A stretch of DNA of 57,554 nucleotides, counting the filler, from Dugesia japonica (taxonomy: Eukaryota): assembly GCA_001938525.1 (NCBI GenBank). It is 6 parts of 6 records of this genome, joined end to end, with 100 filler letters (N's around TTAATTAATTAA, not from the genome) between each part and the next. Parts side by side here need not be neighbours in the genome. Positions count along the whole stretch, not along the records: positions 20,889 to 29,156 come from MQRL01624588.1; positions 29,257 to 38,700 come from MQRL01629800.1; positions 38,801 to 47,485 come from MQRL01384040.1; 3 more parts are not named here. One strand, given 5' to 3'. The position numbers and the translations under genes were made by a program. Under the pieces are notes generated by a model that saw nothing but the letters and a program-made list of their open reading frames with translations, was not told the DNA's origin and ran no database searches. Positions within the stretch are counted from its first letter, which is position 1. Each line of letters begins with the position of its first letter. This document shows positions 27,440 through 40,092 of the stretch, one piece after another.

Positions 27440-27751
27440 GATTATATCACCATGAAGTTGGTAATAAGATTTTCAAAAAGGTCTCGATTTTAAGATTATA
27501 ACAAGAATTAAGAAGATTTGTGGAGCTGCACATATGAATCTCAATTTGCAAGATTTGCCAGATCTCAATGTTACTTTGGATTGGCTGTCGAGAAAATGCG
27601 ATGAAATCTTGGTGGCATGGAATCCAAAAATTACTTGAAAAATGGGAGAAATATGTTGCTAGTGATGAAAGTTTCTTTGAATAAAGTACTTTTGATATTT
27701 CTCTTATTTTCCTTGATTACAAATCCGCATGATTAAACGATACACCTAATA
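27440..27751 (+). mobile_element. Mariner 3' remnant
   Basis: GIQKLLEKWEKYVASDESFFE-stop and TIR-like tacacctaata. Confidence 0.7.
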
Positions 27752-27964
27752 TTTATTACAAGAAAATTATATATGGACTTTGTATAAAATCATGAGAATC
27801 TGGCACTCAAAAAAATTACATTAATATTTTTCTTAATTTGGGTACGTTGATAAAATTCTATTTGCCATCTCTGGTTAAATACAATTAGTTCTTAGCCGAT
27901 AAAAATAAAATTAATAATTCATTACAATAAAAGTTTCGATCAAAATTTTTTTGTTTTTGATAAT

Positions 27965-27999
27965 AATTCTAATTTTCGACTTTGTCATCGTCAGGAATT
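27965..27999 (-). ncRNA. Minimal type I hammerhead ribozyme (Penelope-type)
   Basis: aauuc CUGACGA u gac-aaa-guc GAAA auUA gaauu: 5-bp stem I, 3-bp stem II, palindromic AAUU stem III. Confidence 0.65.
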
Positions 28000-30299
28000 G
28001 ACTTTGAAAAAATTTGATCGAAGCTTTAGTTTTAATGAATTCTGAAAATCGATCAATGGTTACGTCCAACAATTTTTCTCGCAATAATTGTAAATGTAAA
28101 ACCAATTGATTTTAATTAGATTATTATGTAGAAATCTATTGTTGAATTAATTGAAATATCGTTTCTAATGAAGAATATTTAGAAAATATGAACAATTAAA
28201 AAATAATTTTTCATCTTTGAATTTTACAAATAATATCAAAATAGTCAACAAGTGAAAAATTTCTTCGAGTGTAAAATAAACAAAATTCGGTGAATTAAAA
28301 AAATGCCATGAGTAAATAACACAACAAAATAAATAGAATTAAAGAATGTAATACAGTTGTTAAAATATTTCAAATAGTAAAATGATTATCAATCTATTTA
28401 TTCTAATTTCAATAATACCACCGTGAATAGTTATGCTTAAAATGGGCTCATTGAATAATTATNNNNNNNNNNNNNNNNNNNNNNNNNNNNNNNNNNNNNN
28501 NNNNNNNNNNNNNNNNNNNNNNNNNNNNNNNNNNNNNNNNNNNNNNNGAAAATCATTTATATCGTAAAAAATAATTTTTTTTCCAATTCAAGAATTATTG
28601 TGAGAATAATTGTTGGACTTAACTATTAACCTTATTGAGATTTCAATAAATTAAAAGCTTCGATCAAAATATTGTTTTTCTGTCTTTATATAATTATTTT
28701 TTATACTTATAAATTTTTTTTACTATCAAGAACTAAAAAAATAGAAAATAAACCGAAAATCTAGATTTTGATCGAAGTTTTTAATTGAATGAAAATAATT
28801 ATTTGCTGAAGTCAACTAAACAAAGCCAAATATTCGGATTTCAACTACAATTCTTAAATTGAATTTTTACAATTTTAAAAATGTTGATTTTATTTCTAAA
28901 AAATATGCATTAAAATTATTATTTATTTTTATATTTATATTATATTTAAATTATAATTAATTATATTTTTAATATTAATATTTAAATATTGAACAAGAAA
29001 CTATTGTAATATTTATAAATTCGACAGATATTCTAAATTTTAAATATGCGTTTGTCATAGTGTTTTTAATAAATTAATTTAAATTCTTTTCAAATTAATT
29101 TAGATTAAATAATTTTAAATAAAATTTAACGGAAATAATCTAATCTTGCAATAATANNNNNNNNNNNNNNNNNNNNNNNNNNNNNNNNNNNNNNNNNNNN
29201 TTAATTAATTAANNNNNNNNNNNNNNNNNNNNNNNNNNNNNNNNNNNNNNNNNNNNAGGAATAATCCTTTTTCATTATTATTGATGGATAATTGTCGTTT
29301 CCATCATAGATCTGATGTATTATTATTATTATTGAATCAAAATTTTATTTCTTATAAGTTCTTACCACCATTTTTTAGTGAAGTTAAGGCCAAATATAGA
29401 GCTATCACATCCTCTCCAAAATCAAAAGAATAGTTAAAAGAAAGAGTTGAAAATATTATGAGAANNNNNNAAGGTAATTTTACTAGAAGCTTTGAACATG
29501 CCAGAGGTTTATTACCAAATGCTTTGGCAAGACAGCCATTTATTTGATTAAATAAAAGCATGTCATTATATTTAGTTTTATTTTAATAAATATACAATTA
29601 TATTTCAGAATATTTTATAATATCTAAATTTTAAATAATAGTTAATAATGATTTATGTTATGGAATGCACTCAGAATCTCAGGACAATAAGAGCTTCAAC
29701 TTGCATTTGGTTGTTTAATTAAAATATTTTCTTCTTTTATTTTAAGGAATAAAAGAATTTATATTATGGAATTACACTGAAAGTGGTTTGGAAGTATTTT
29801 AATTTTTTTGTCTTTTAATTAAAGACTTGTTGAACAATACAATTTAAACAGACTACACTTTTGTTAATATAATAATGCATCAACATACCATTTCATGCTC
29901 ATCAATTCAATTTACTTGATAATAAGACAACATAAAATATTTTAGTACTTTTAATATAAAAAGATATAACTGAGAGGTAGTCCAAAAAAGTTAATAAATA
30001 ATACACCAGTCTGAGTCCGATGTCCCTTCGGTTGATTGTCGATTTGTGTCATCATAAAATCCATTCTTTATACTTGGCGTGCCCATAAAATTAAAATTAC
30101 AGCGTCATTGTCTCACTTTTGATTGATTCTGCTAATTTTCTGTGTTTTTAGCTGAAAGAACAGCAGTGAATATATCTGAAATTAAATTATTCTCATTCTG
30201 CTAGATAAAATAGTAATTAAGGTTTTTATAAAAGTGACAACATTTATCCATAACTATCAAATTCACATATAAACTAAAAATCGTTTGCTAGCATTTATT

Positions 30300-32205
30300 A
30301 GTTTAACAATGCTTCAAAATTATGCAGCCTGGTGAAAATTTAGAAACGTCAACTTTCTCAGACACAGATTTATTCAGTCAGTATCAATCAATATTCGGCA
30401 TCATATGGTACAATACCAAACTAAAACTCTGGATGAGCTAGCTGACTGTCATTTTGAAATAGAGTCCTATTCTCTCAAGTCTATTATCAAAAACCATGAA
30501 GAAGAGAATTCAACTCAAGAAGCTCTAAATTTTATCAAAGCAAGAAGAAATCAGGATAATGATAAAAATTTAAGAGAACTTTGTTTTTATTAATATCATA
30601 AAAAATTTGGAAAATATTATGTTAAATGCCAACAAGTATGTTTCTGGTCCACCAAAAGTTACTCGAAAAAAGCCGACAGTTGAGATTCGAATCAAAACAA
30701 AGTCCTCGCAATCTATAATCTCAATTTTTAGTACCAGTTTTGTCAGAAAAGCTAAAATGTGCATTTTTAGTGGACTCAGGTGATAACATTAGCATTGTTC
30801 CTATACAGCTATTCCAACCAAATAATACAAAAATCAGACATTTACGGCCAATAATAGAGAAATAATGCTTTTCGCGAAAAAAATTAACATTATTCATTCC
30901 AAGCATTCCAGGAACATTCACATGGCTATTCACGGTTGCTGATATTCGCCGACCAATCTTAGGATCCGATTTTCTGTCAAATTGGTAGTATTGGTAGATT
31001 GTCAAAAAAATTGTATTTTTAGGACAGAGAAAATATTATGAGTACTGAAAATCCAAATTGCCTAAGAATAGAAACTTCCGGAGCACCAGTAAAGTAAAGA
31101 ACTTGTGGATTAGGAGGAATCATTCTCAGTCAAATAAAAAAGAGTTCAATGACATACTCACTAAGGATATTATTCAACCAAGTAACAGCAAATAGGCTTC
31201 TTCACTTATAATTGTCATAAAGAAAGATTGAACTTTTTGTCCATGTGGAGTTTATCACATGCTTAATGCAATCACGAAATCAGACCGAAACCCATTACCC
31301 AAAATGGATGACATTTTGAACAGAATTACAGGTTGTTTATTGTTTTCTACTTTAGATCTTAAGAAAGCTTACCTTCAAATCCCAATTAATGAGGAGGACC
31401 GACATAAAACGGCTATTATAACTCTATTTAGATTTTTTGAATCCAAAAGTATGCCATTTGGATTAAAAAGCGCTTCTAAAACATTTGAAGGACACATGGG
31501 AAAATGTTTGAAAGACTGTCGCGCATTTACCTCAGTATAAATTGATGACATTTTGATTCATTCGAAGAGCTCAGGTAAGCATCGGTATCACCTAGAACTA
31601 ATAAAGAAAGTTTTACTTAAAAACAAGCTTCAGATTAACACAGAAAAATGTCAGTTCAACAAATCCCAGGTGGAATTTCTTGGTTTTACAATCTCTCCAA
31701 AAAGTAAAAAGCCAATACAATCTAAGATTGAAGCCATCAGCAATATTCCTGTTTCAAAAACATTTAAGCGTTAAATAGATTTATTAGAACAATAGCCTGG
31801 ATTCCAAACTTATACGAAACAATGTCTATATCTCTACATGATCTCATATTACATGATCTCATCGTAGGTTCAAGTAAAAACCGAGTTATTAAAAGGTTAC
31901 CAAGTCACAAAGAAGCATTTAGAATTTCTATAAACTTACGCAGATTTTTAATATGGCAACACCAGACTACCTGAAAACATTTATTTTATGTACCGATTCA
32001 TCTGGTACGGCAATTGGTGCCAGTTTAAACCACGAAAACAACGACGGTCGTTTATGCCCTATTTCATTTTTCTCAAGAAAGTTAAATCCTCCTGAACGAA
32101 GATATTCAACATTCGATAGAGAACCTCTGGCGTTCGTTCCCTTAATCAAGCATTTCAATCGCTACTTATTTGGCAGCAAAATTATTGTCCGAACAGATTA
32201 TAAGA
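30300..32205 (+). mobile_element. Decayed Ty3/gypsy gag-pol (integrase tail resumes at about 33705-33840)
   Basis: CFY*YHKKFG..KC..C gag, FLVDSG protease, LDLKKAYLQIP / MPFGL / IDD RT, TDSS..IGA..YSTFDRE RNase H; RRPLQPVYECPY after the Penelope insert. Confidence 0.88.
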
Positions 32206-33702
32206 CTTATAATTACAATTATTGTGAGAATAATTGTTGGACTTAACCATTGATCGCATTTGAGATTTCATTAAAATAAAGAAAAAGCTTCGATCAAAAT
32301 AAAATGTATTTGTAAAGAAATTAAAATTTTTGACACTTGCCTTCTTCAGGAATGATGACTTTTTGATAGATTCAAAAGGACAATAGATCTTTGCTTCAAA
32401 ATTGTTAATCTTTTATCGAAATTTTATTGATTTATTTAAAGTATAATTTTTTTTGTAATTAAATTAAATTAACTCTCAAAAATTCATTTTTATCAATATT
32501 GCAATATTAAAACTCTAACTTTTCACTAATTCTTTTAAAATTTTTAAAATTATTTTAATTATTGAACGTCTTTGAAAAATTATTTATTTATTAAAAACTT
32601 TTAATTATTTGCAATTCTCAAAAATCGTTTATTTTAAAATTATTTCAAATTATTTATTTTTTAAAAATATTTAAAATTACTTATTTTTAAATTATTCAAA
32701 ATTTCAGCTATTGTAAATTTTGAAAAATTTTCAAATTATTTAAAATTATTAATTCCAAAATTATCTGAAATTTTTTCAACTATAGCATATATTGAAAATC
32801 CTTGATAATTTTAATTACTGAACAAATTCTAATTATTGTAATTATTGAAAATCACATTTAACCTGGGGTTTCTCCATTTTAATTAATATTCGTTCATGTT
32901 TTTTTTCTGTGAAGTGTAGAAACGTAGCTTGTTCCTAATGTTTTCCATGTAATATGATGATTTTCTGGTAAAACATATTGTTTGTATTGAAAGTTTTATT
33001 TTTTATCAAAAATAAATTCCTAAATAATGGTTATCCAAATAGAATCGTATCTAAATATCTATTCTCGAATACAAAATGTAATAAAATCAAACAAAAGACA
33101 AACACAGTAATCAAATTACCTTTTATTAATGAAGAATGTATCCAAATCATGCAAAATATAATAAAAAATCAAAACTCAAACACAATCCAAGAATTATACT
33201 TAAAACGCAAGCACCATTGGATATCCAATTACAGAAACCAAGACAGAATTTTTGTGGTCTTAAATGCATTTGTGATGGCAGAAATATATGCAATAAAAAA
33301 TATCACTTAAAAAATACCATGAACCTTATGTAAGGATACATATATAGGAGAATCATTCAGAACCATCAGAACAAGAATTAAAGAACATCTCAAACAGAAA
33401 GAAAGTGAAGTCTTCAAACACTTTCAAAACAAACATAANNNNNNNNNNNNNNNNNNNNNNNNNNNNNNNNNNNNNNNNNNNNNNNNNNNNNNNNNNNNNN
33501 NNNNNNNNNNNNNNNNNNNNNNNNNNNNNNNNNNNNNNNNNNNNNNNNNNNNNNNNNGTGATTTTCAATAATTACAATAATTAGAATTTTTTCAGTATAA
33601 AAAAAATTTTCAATAATTAAAATTATCAAGGATTTTCAATAATTGCTATAGTTGAAAAAATTTCAGATAATTTTGGAATTAATAATTTTAAATAATTTGA
33701 AA
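32206..33702. mobile_element. Penelope-like element: inverted 3' segment plus forward RT-thumb/GIY-YIG part
   Basis: NNGYP, IKLPFI, Cys linker, YIGESFRTIRTRIKEH on plus strand (about 33000-33437); about 32730-32855 inverted at 33558-33702; degenerate hammerhead at about 32325-32352 on minus strand. Confidence 0.8.
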
Positions 33703-33929
33703 GTAATGGATCAAACACGAAATAAGAAGACCACTACAGCCAGTCTATGAATGTCCATATATGGTGACTTGGATAAATCGAGATGTCAAAGTTATTAAAG
33801 TAATGCAACTAGGATAAGCAGAGCGAATTCGTCCAGCCTTCATTTATAATAATTATAATTAATTAAATATATTAAATATTTAATTAATTTTGTTTATATC
33901 TTATATTTTATTGAAATACATTCTTTTCA

Positions 33930-34170
33930 AATTACTTAGATTCTTCTCATTTAAATCATTTAAAATATTGACTACATACTTTACTATCATTCTATTTGAT
34001 ATGTTCTTTGATTCTGGTTCTGATTGTTCTAAAGTTTTTGCCTATGTATTATTTATTACAGATGCTACAAATGTTTTCACAATTTACATTTTTATTACAT
34101 ATGCTTGATTTATAATAATATCAAATATCAATAAAAAACAAAAACAAATTTGATCGAAGCTTTTATTTTA
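33930..34170 (-). mobile_element. Second Penelope-like GIY-YIG fragment
   Basis: CSICNK*YIGKNFRTIRTRIKEHIK on minus strand. Confidence 0.7.
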
Positions 34171-35656
34171 TATGAATTAAGTGTGATATATTTAAATTAT
34201 GGTAATATTTAAATATATCTAAATTCAAATTATTTAATATTTAAAATTAAATATTCATAATGTTAAAATGAATTTGATTTGTTTTAATATTGCTATTTTA
34301 TGAAATATAATTTTAACTTGTTAAATATCTTATTATTTAATATCTACATTTATATAACAATATGTACATGTTATTACATATGCATTTTGGTTGCACGAAT
34401 TATTCTTCGGTTTTTTAGTTGAATTCCCATGCGTGTTTGTGTTTTTAATATTATCATAGGTGAATATGTGATCTTCGATTTGTAAATAATATTCTGCATC
34501 AATNGTCTACTTTTTCATTGGTATATGTTAGTTTAATTACTGTATTCGTTTTTTTCTATTTTTCTTTTTTTATTATTATTCCATAGTAAATTTTGTGTAA
34601 GATATTTTGATAAGACATTCTCTGGATAACCATTTCGGTAAAATTTATTTCTTAGTAGTTCAAGTGATACTGACTTTGTTTATTCTTTGTCTCATTTTCG
34701 CTATACTCAGATGATTCAACAAATTTGGAATTCCATATTTCTCATGCCTGGGCCAGCTATTATCTCGTTAGTTAACGATAATAATAATAATGATTACCAA
34801 TAATAATAATGGATAACAATGAAATAATACGTATTATATTAAATAATATGATCGTAGAAGTCTATTTTTCTTTTTATACTATAAGTATTTAGTTTAGTTT
34901 TATTTACAAATAATCCTGAAATGCAGAAAATTAAATAAAATTTTATCTTTCACTTATGGATCCTGCATGCCCAATATTTTCTTTAACATAATATTAACGA
35001 GTTAATTGACTTATTACATATTTATTTATATGAATATTTGTAAAAGAAATAATTAAATAAATCCTATCTTAAAAGCCTATTAATTATTGAGAAAATTTAT
35101 TAAAATTTCATCTCACAAGGATTCTAACAATTATAAAAAATTGAATTTAATAAACGCAATAAAATAAATATTAAATTTTAAAATTTAACAATTATAAAAT
35201 TCAAAATTCATTTGGCTTTTTCAAATTTTTTTGAATATGCAAATTTGATCTTTATCTTTTATTTTATAATAACTATTTATGGTTTCTAAAACTCTTGAAT
35301 TCATATAGATAGTCAGGAACAAGTCACCCAAAAGAATATCGAAGCCATTTAATTTCATTTCAAAAATCATAAATTTTTACGAAGTTCTAGTATTTTTTTC
35401 CAGAGAAGAAAAGAAGAACTTAACTTTTTGTAAATCTTTGAAAATGAATATTTCTATTTTTGTTGTTGATTTTGCATCTAATAAGTTTCATTATGTGTGT
35501 ATGTTTTAAAGATTTTTTAATTATTTCATTATTTCAAAAATTAAAAATGTGATCATAGTTTTGTTTAAAAATTCCAAATTATTTAATTTTTAAATTGTGG
35601 TAAATATTAAATACATTTACTTGAAGTTTATATATGTATAATTTTTAGATATCTTG

Positions 35657-36054
35657 ATGGCTTCTGGCAACAATAATAATGAAATAAATGATGACGACAA
35701 TTATACTGTTCCTGAACCAGAATCTAATACTCAAAATTTTGTTACGCAATTTATAACTTCAGTTGCCCAAATTGACATTGAACGTGACAACAATCCTCAA
35801 ATCGCACAAGATATTATAACTAAAACCCAACCATTAATGAAGTATAATCTTATTTCCTTAAAAAAATGTTGTAAATTTTCATAATTGTTTAGCAATGATT
35901 GTCAGCCAATTGCACAAGATTTAAAGAGAATAGCTGATGAAATCGACAGAAATTATGGGAAAAACTTTGAAGATTTGGTTACTACAGCAATTAAAAATAA
36001 AATTATTTGTGATGTCCAAAATGGATATCAATATTTTGTAGAGATCACAGCTAG
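35657..36054 (+). CDS. bak: Host Bcl-2 family (Bak-like) gene, first two coding exons: 35657-35841 and 35893-36054
   Basis: Phase-consistent 51-nt GT-AG intron; IAQDLKRIADEIDRNYGKNF (BH3) ... NGYQYFVEITA|gtaaat resembles Bak LAIIGDDINRRY...AYEYFTKIA; BH1/BH2 exons not found in the window. Confidence 0.78.
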
Positions 36055-37239
36055 GTAAATAATAATTATTTAGTTATTTTCTTACTATATATATATATAT
36101 TGAACATTTTTTGAAAATTATACTAATATGTATTCATATATATAGAATAATTAAATGAATTTCTATAAATTCTAATTACTTCTAAGTATTCATGATAAAA
36201 CGGTAAACTATTTTCCAATTGCTAATTTCATTATTAATTAACAACATTTAAAAACTATATGACTTATAAAAAATTCTTTAGCATTACGTTAAGAATTATT
36301 AATAAAAATGGAATGAGCATAATCTTAATCAAAACCTTTTGAAAATAAATGTAATAATACTATATATATATATATATTTACATTCACAAATTTCGTTTTT
36401 GATATCATTTATTTATAATATTATATATAATATGAACCTAAAAATTTACTATTAATTATGATAAGTTTCATAATTATTATAGGCATACTGTAATTTATTT
36501 TACTTTCATGCCAACACAGTTCTGTTTTTTTAATTAGTTTTATGAATCTCTTTTAATCAAAGATTTGCATACAATTATAAAAAACAATTTTTATCTGCTT
36601 ATTTTTAGCCTATATACAAACTTTGATCTTAACATTCTTTTAAGGAAANGAAACTAGCCTAGGAAAACTANTACTTCCCAAGTATTAACTTTTGAGTACT
36701 GAAACTTCAAAAATGAAAAAGTGCAGTTTCTCAATTATTAATTAATAAAATTAAAAAAATATAATTAAAAATATAAAATTAAAAAAAAATTAAATTCAAA
36801 AAATAATTAAATAAATAATATACATACTCCATCCCATTAAAAAGTGGATTTAATAAATTTAATTTAAATTTATGATAAATTGTTTTTTTCTGCTTGATAT
36901 TTTTTTTTAATTAACTATTTTGTTTAAATCTTTTAAAATTTAACCAAATTTTTACTTCAAGAGTGGCTTTCAAAGTTACTCATTAATGATTATTATTAAC
37001 ATTTTATCTTTTATAGATTTAAAAAATACAAATTTTCTTGGTTTTTTAATTTTTTTTAAAAATCCACTTTTTATGGGATGGAGTAAGAAATAAATTAAAA
37101 ATATAACAAAATTTTAAAAATAAAAAAAATTTAAAAAATAATTAAGTTTATAATTAAAAAATTTTTAAATAAAATTTTAAAAATAGTGAGATTAAAAATA
37201 TAATGAAATTTTAAAAAATTATAATTAAAATATGATAGA

Positions 37240-37520
37240 TTACAAATATAATAAATTAAAAATATAATAAATTAAAAATATAATAAATTAAAAATATAAT
37301 AAATTAAAAATATAATAAATTAAAAATATAATTAATTAAAAATATAATAAATTAAAAATAAAATAAATTAAAAATATAATAAATTAAAAATATAATAAAT
37401 TTAAAATATAATAAATTAAAAATATAATTAAAAAAAATATAATTAAATAAAAATATAATAAATTAAAAATATAATAAATTAAAAATATAATAAATTAAAA
37501 ATATAATAAAAATATAATAA
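37240..37520. repeat. 16-bp AT minisatellite (aaattaaaaatataat)
   Basis: Direct tandem units visible. Confidence 0.9.
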
Positions 37521-37831
37521 ATAATAAAATTTTAAAAAATGTTAAAATTAATAAAATTGAAAATATATTAAAATTTAAAAAATAATAATTGAAAAAATAA
37601 TAATTTAAAAAATGATAAAATTAAAAAATTTCATTTTCAAGTTTTTTAAAAAGATTTTATTTTCAAGTTTTTTAAAAAGATTTTATTCTTTTGTGGTAAA
37701 TTTGTGAAATTAGATCATTTTTGTTTAAATTTTCACATTTTTAAAATTTTTCAATCAAATTTTTATATGAATTTGGAAGAACATCAAAATTTTCTAAAAT
37801 TTTTGAAAATTTTTTTTGTCGAAGTGATAAC

Positions 37832-38330
37832 TATTAGGTCTACCAGTTAATTCCGCGAATTTTTAAAAAAATCAAAACAGGTGTTTAATTAAAATTTCTT
37901 CTCATCGTTTGCACGAAAGTAAAAGTTTTCTTCTTTGGACGAAATCCTTTCATCTAGCCATTTTTCGAGGTTTCCATAATTCTTGAGTCGGTCTATCTGA
38001 GCAAGTAGTAATCAGGTGGAGATATGTCTGCACTTCCATCGATACCTTTTCCCGATTTTGCCACACGAAGTCGAGCATTGTCATACAACAAAATCACTTT
38101 ACCATGTTTATCAGCCCATTCTGATCGTTTCTGCTTCAATAACATCAATTCAGTCGCATCAATTACAGGTGACGAAAAATAGATTAATTTTGATAACCAG
38201 AAATGCAAAAAAATCGTGGGTTTATTCAGGATAACTAGCAACTTCAACTGCAATACATGCACCTGGTGGGACCAAAACTGGTGTGGTGTTCAACGACATT
38301 AAAACAGTCGACTCTGATCGTTATAAACGG
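37832..38330. mobile_element. Rearranged mariner remnant
   Basis: TIR tattaggtctacc; minus strand LYDNAR and SADISPPDYYL; plus strand ITGDEK*I..DN..KKSW and WWD. Confidence 0.8.
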
Positions 38331-38335
38331 CTCTG

Positions 38336-38700
38336 GGACAATTTCCTTCTGGACAATTTCCTCCGGACAATATCCTCCCAGGAAAATATCCTCCCAGGAC
38401 AATATCTTCCCAGGAAAATATCCTCCCAGGACAATATCTTCCCAGGAAAATATCCTCCCAGGAAAATATCCTCCCAGGAAAATATCCTCCCAGGAAAATA
38501 TCCTCCCAGGAAAATATCCTCCCAGGAAAATATCCTCCCAGGAAAATATCCTCCCAGGAAAATATCCTCCCAGGAAAATATCCTCCCAGGAAAATATCCT
38601 CCCAGGAAAATATCTTCCCAGGAAATTATCCTCCCAGGAAAATATCCTCCCAGGAAAATATCCTCCCAGGAAAATATCCTCCCAGGAAAATATCCTCCCA
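38336..38700. repeat. 16-bp minisatellite (ggaaaatatcctccca)n
   Basis: More than 20 near-identical units running into a gap; produces spurious 16-aa-periodic ORFs. Confidence 0.95.
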
Positions 38701-38800
38701 NNNNNNNNNNNNNNNNNNNNNNNNNNNNNNNNNNNNNNNNNNNNTTAATTAATTAANNNNNNNNNNNNNNNNNNNNNNNNNNNNNNNNNNNNNNNNNNNN

Positions 38801-40092
38801 ATAAATTACCCTCCTCCCCCGAGGGGGGGGGGTTCGGAAACACATTACGCTTGAGCTGCGTTTTTTTAGACATGGTTTTTTTTATCCTGAAAGTGTGTAT
38901 GTGTATTTTTAAATTTGGTTGTGGTTGGAAAAAAATTTGGTCTATATATTGTTTAAAGGACTCCTGAGTTTGGATGAATGGTTCGACCTACAAGGGTATT
39001 GGCACACGGGCACAGACGTATGAGTTATCGTATGTAGTTTTTATGGAGGCTGTAGGTTTGTATGTGGTTGATGGAATTTGTTGGTTTATGGTTTGTTGGA
39101 GAGGTAATGTCATGGGAAAGATGTTGGTAGATGTATGTGCATTGATGTTTTATTTTAAGTGCTACTATTGGATTGGTTTATTTTGTAAGTAGTATAAGTG
39201 TGTTCAAATTTTTTTCATGAGTTGGAAGTTGTTATGTGTGGAAAGATTATCAGATTTTATAAAATTTATTTGAAATTTTTCTGTCGGGTGGTTATAACGT
39301 CATAATTTTTTAAAATCTTTATTTGGGTTAAAAATGCAGTTTTTTGCTTAAATTGATGAATTTAATGAAAGTAATGTTATTTTAATGTATTTGATGTATT
39401 TTTGGTTATTTTGTCGGTATTTTAAACATGGAAGGATTGATTTTTAATATTTTCGAACGGAGAAGAGAGGAGTCTTGATATTTTTAAGATATTATTACAA
39501 GAAATTTATGCATAGTATGGGCAGTCTTCACATTTTTAAGATATTGTTGCAAGATATCGGACAGTCTTGATATTTTTAAGATATTTTTAAAAGTATTATT
39601 ACAAGACATTTATGCATGGTATGGACAGTCTTGTTATTTTTGAGAATATTAATCCAAAATATCGGGCAGTTTTGATATTTTTGTAAAGATACTAATACAA
39701 GGTATCGGACAGTCTTAATATTTTTAAGATATTTTTTAAGATATTATTACAAGATATCGGACAGTCTTGATATTTTTAAGATATTCTTACAAGAAATTTA
39801 TGCATGTTATGGGCAGTCTTGTTATTTTTGAGGATGTTATTCCAAAATATCGGACAGTCTTGATATTTTTTAAGATATTATTACAAAATATCGGACAGTC
39901 TTGATATTTATTATTGTAGATATTATTACAATAAATTTATGTATGATATGAGTAGTCTTGATATTTTGCATGTTATGAGCAGTTTTGAAATTTTGAATGC
40001 GGAGCCACTAAATTGAACATAGGGAGCCTCAATATTTAGAATGGGATGGGACAGACTTGATTTTTTGCAAGGTATGAGGCCGTCTAAAATTC
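38801..40092 (+). mobile_element. Another Polinton TIR copy (terminus lost in gap)
   Basis: Colinear with about 14300-15770: C/G hairpin, caagggtattggcacacgggcaca, gggcagtcttgata repeats. Confidence 0.8.

Noticed and set aside
36609-36657. Alternative third exon giving a BH3-only Bak isoform
   Set aside because: Only an AG acceptor and a short frame without BH1; no support
38257-38756. Long PGKYPPRKISSQENIL ORFs
   Set aside because: Artefact of a stop-free 16-bp minisatellite
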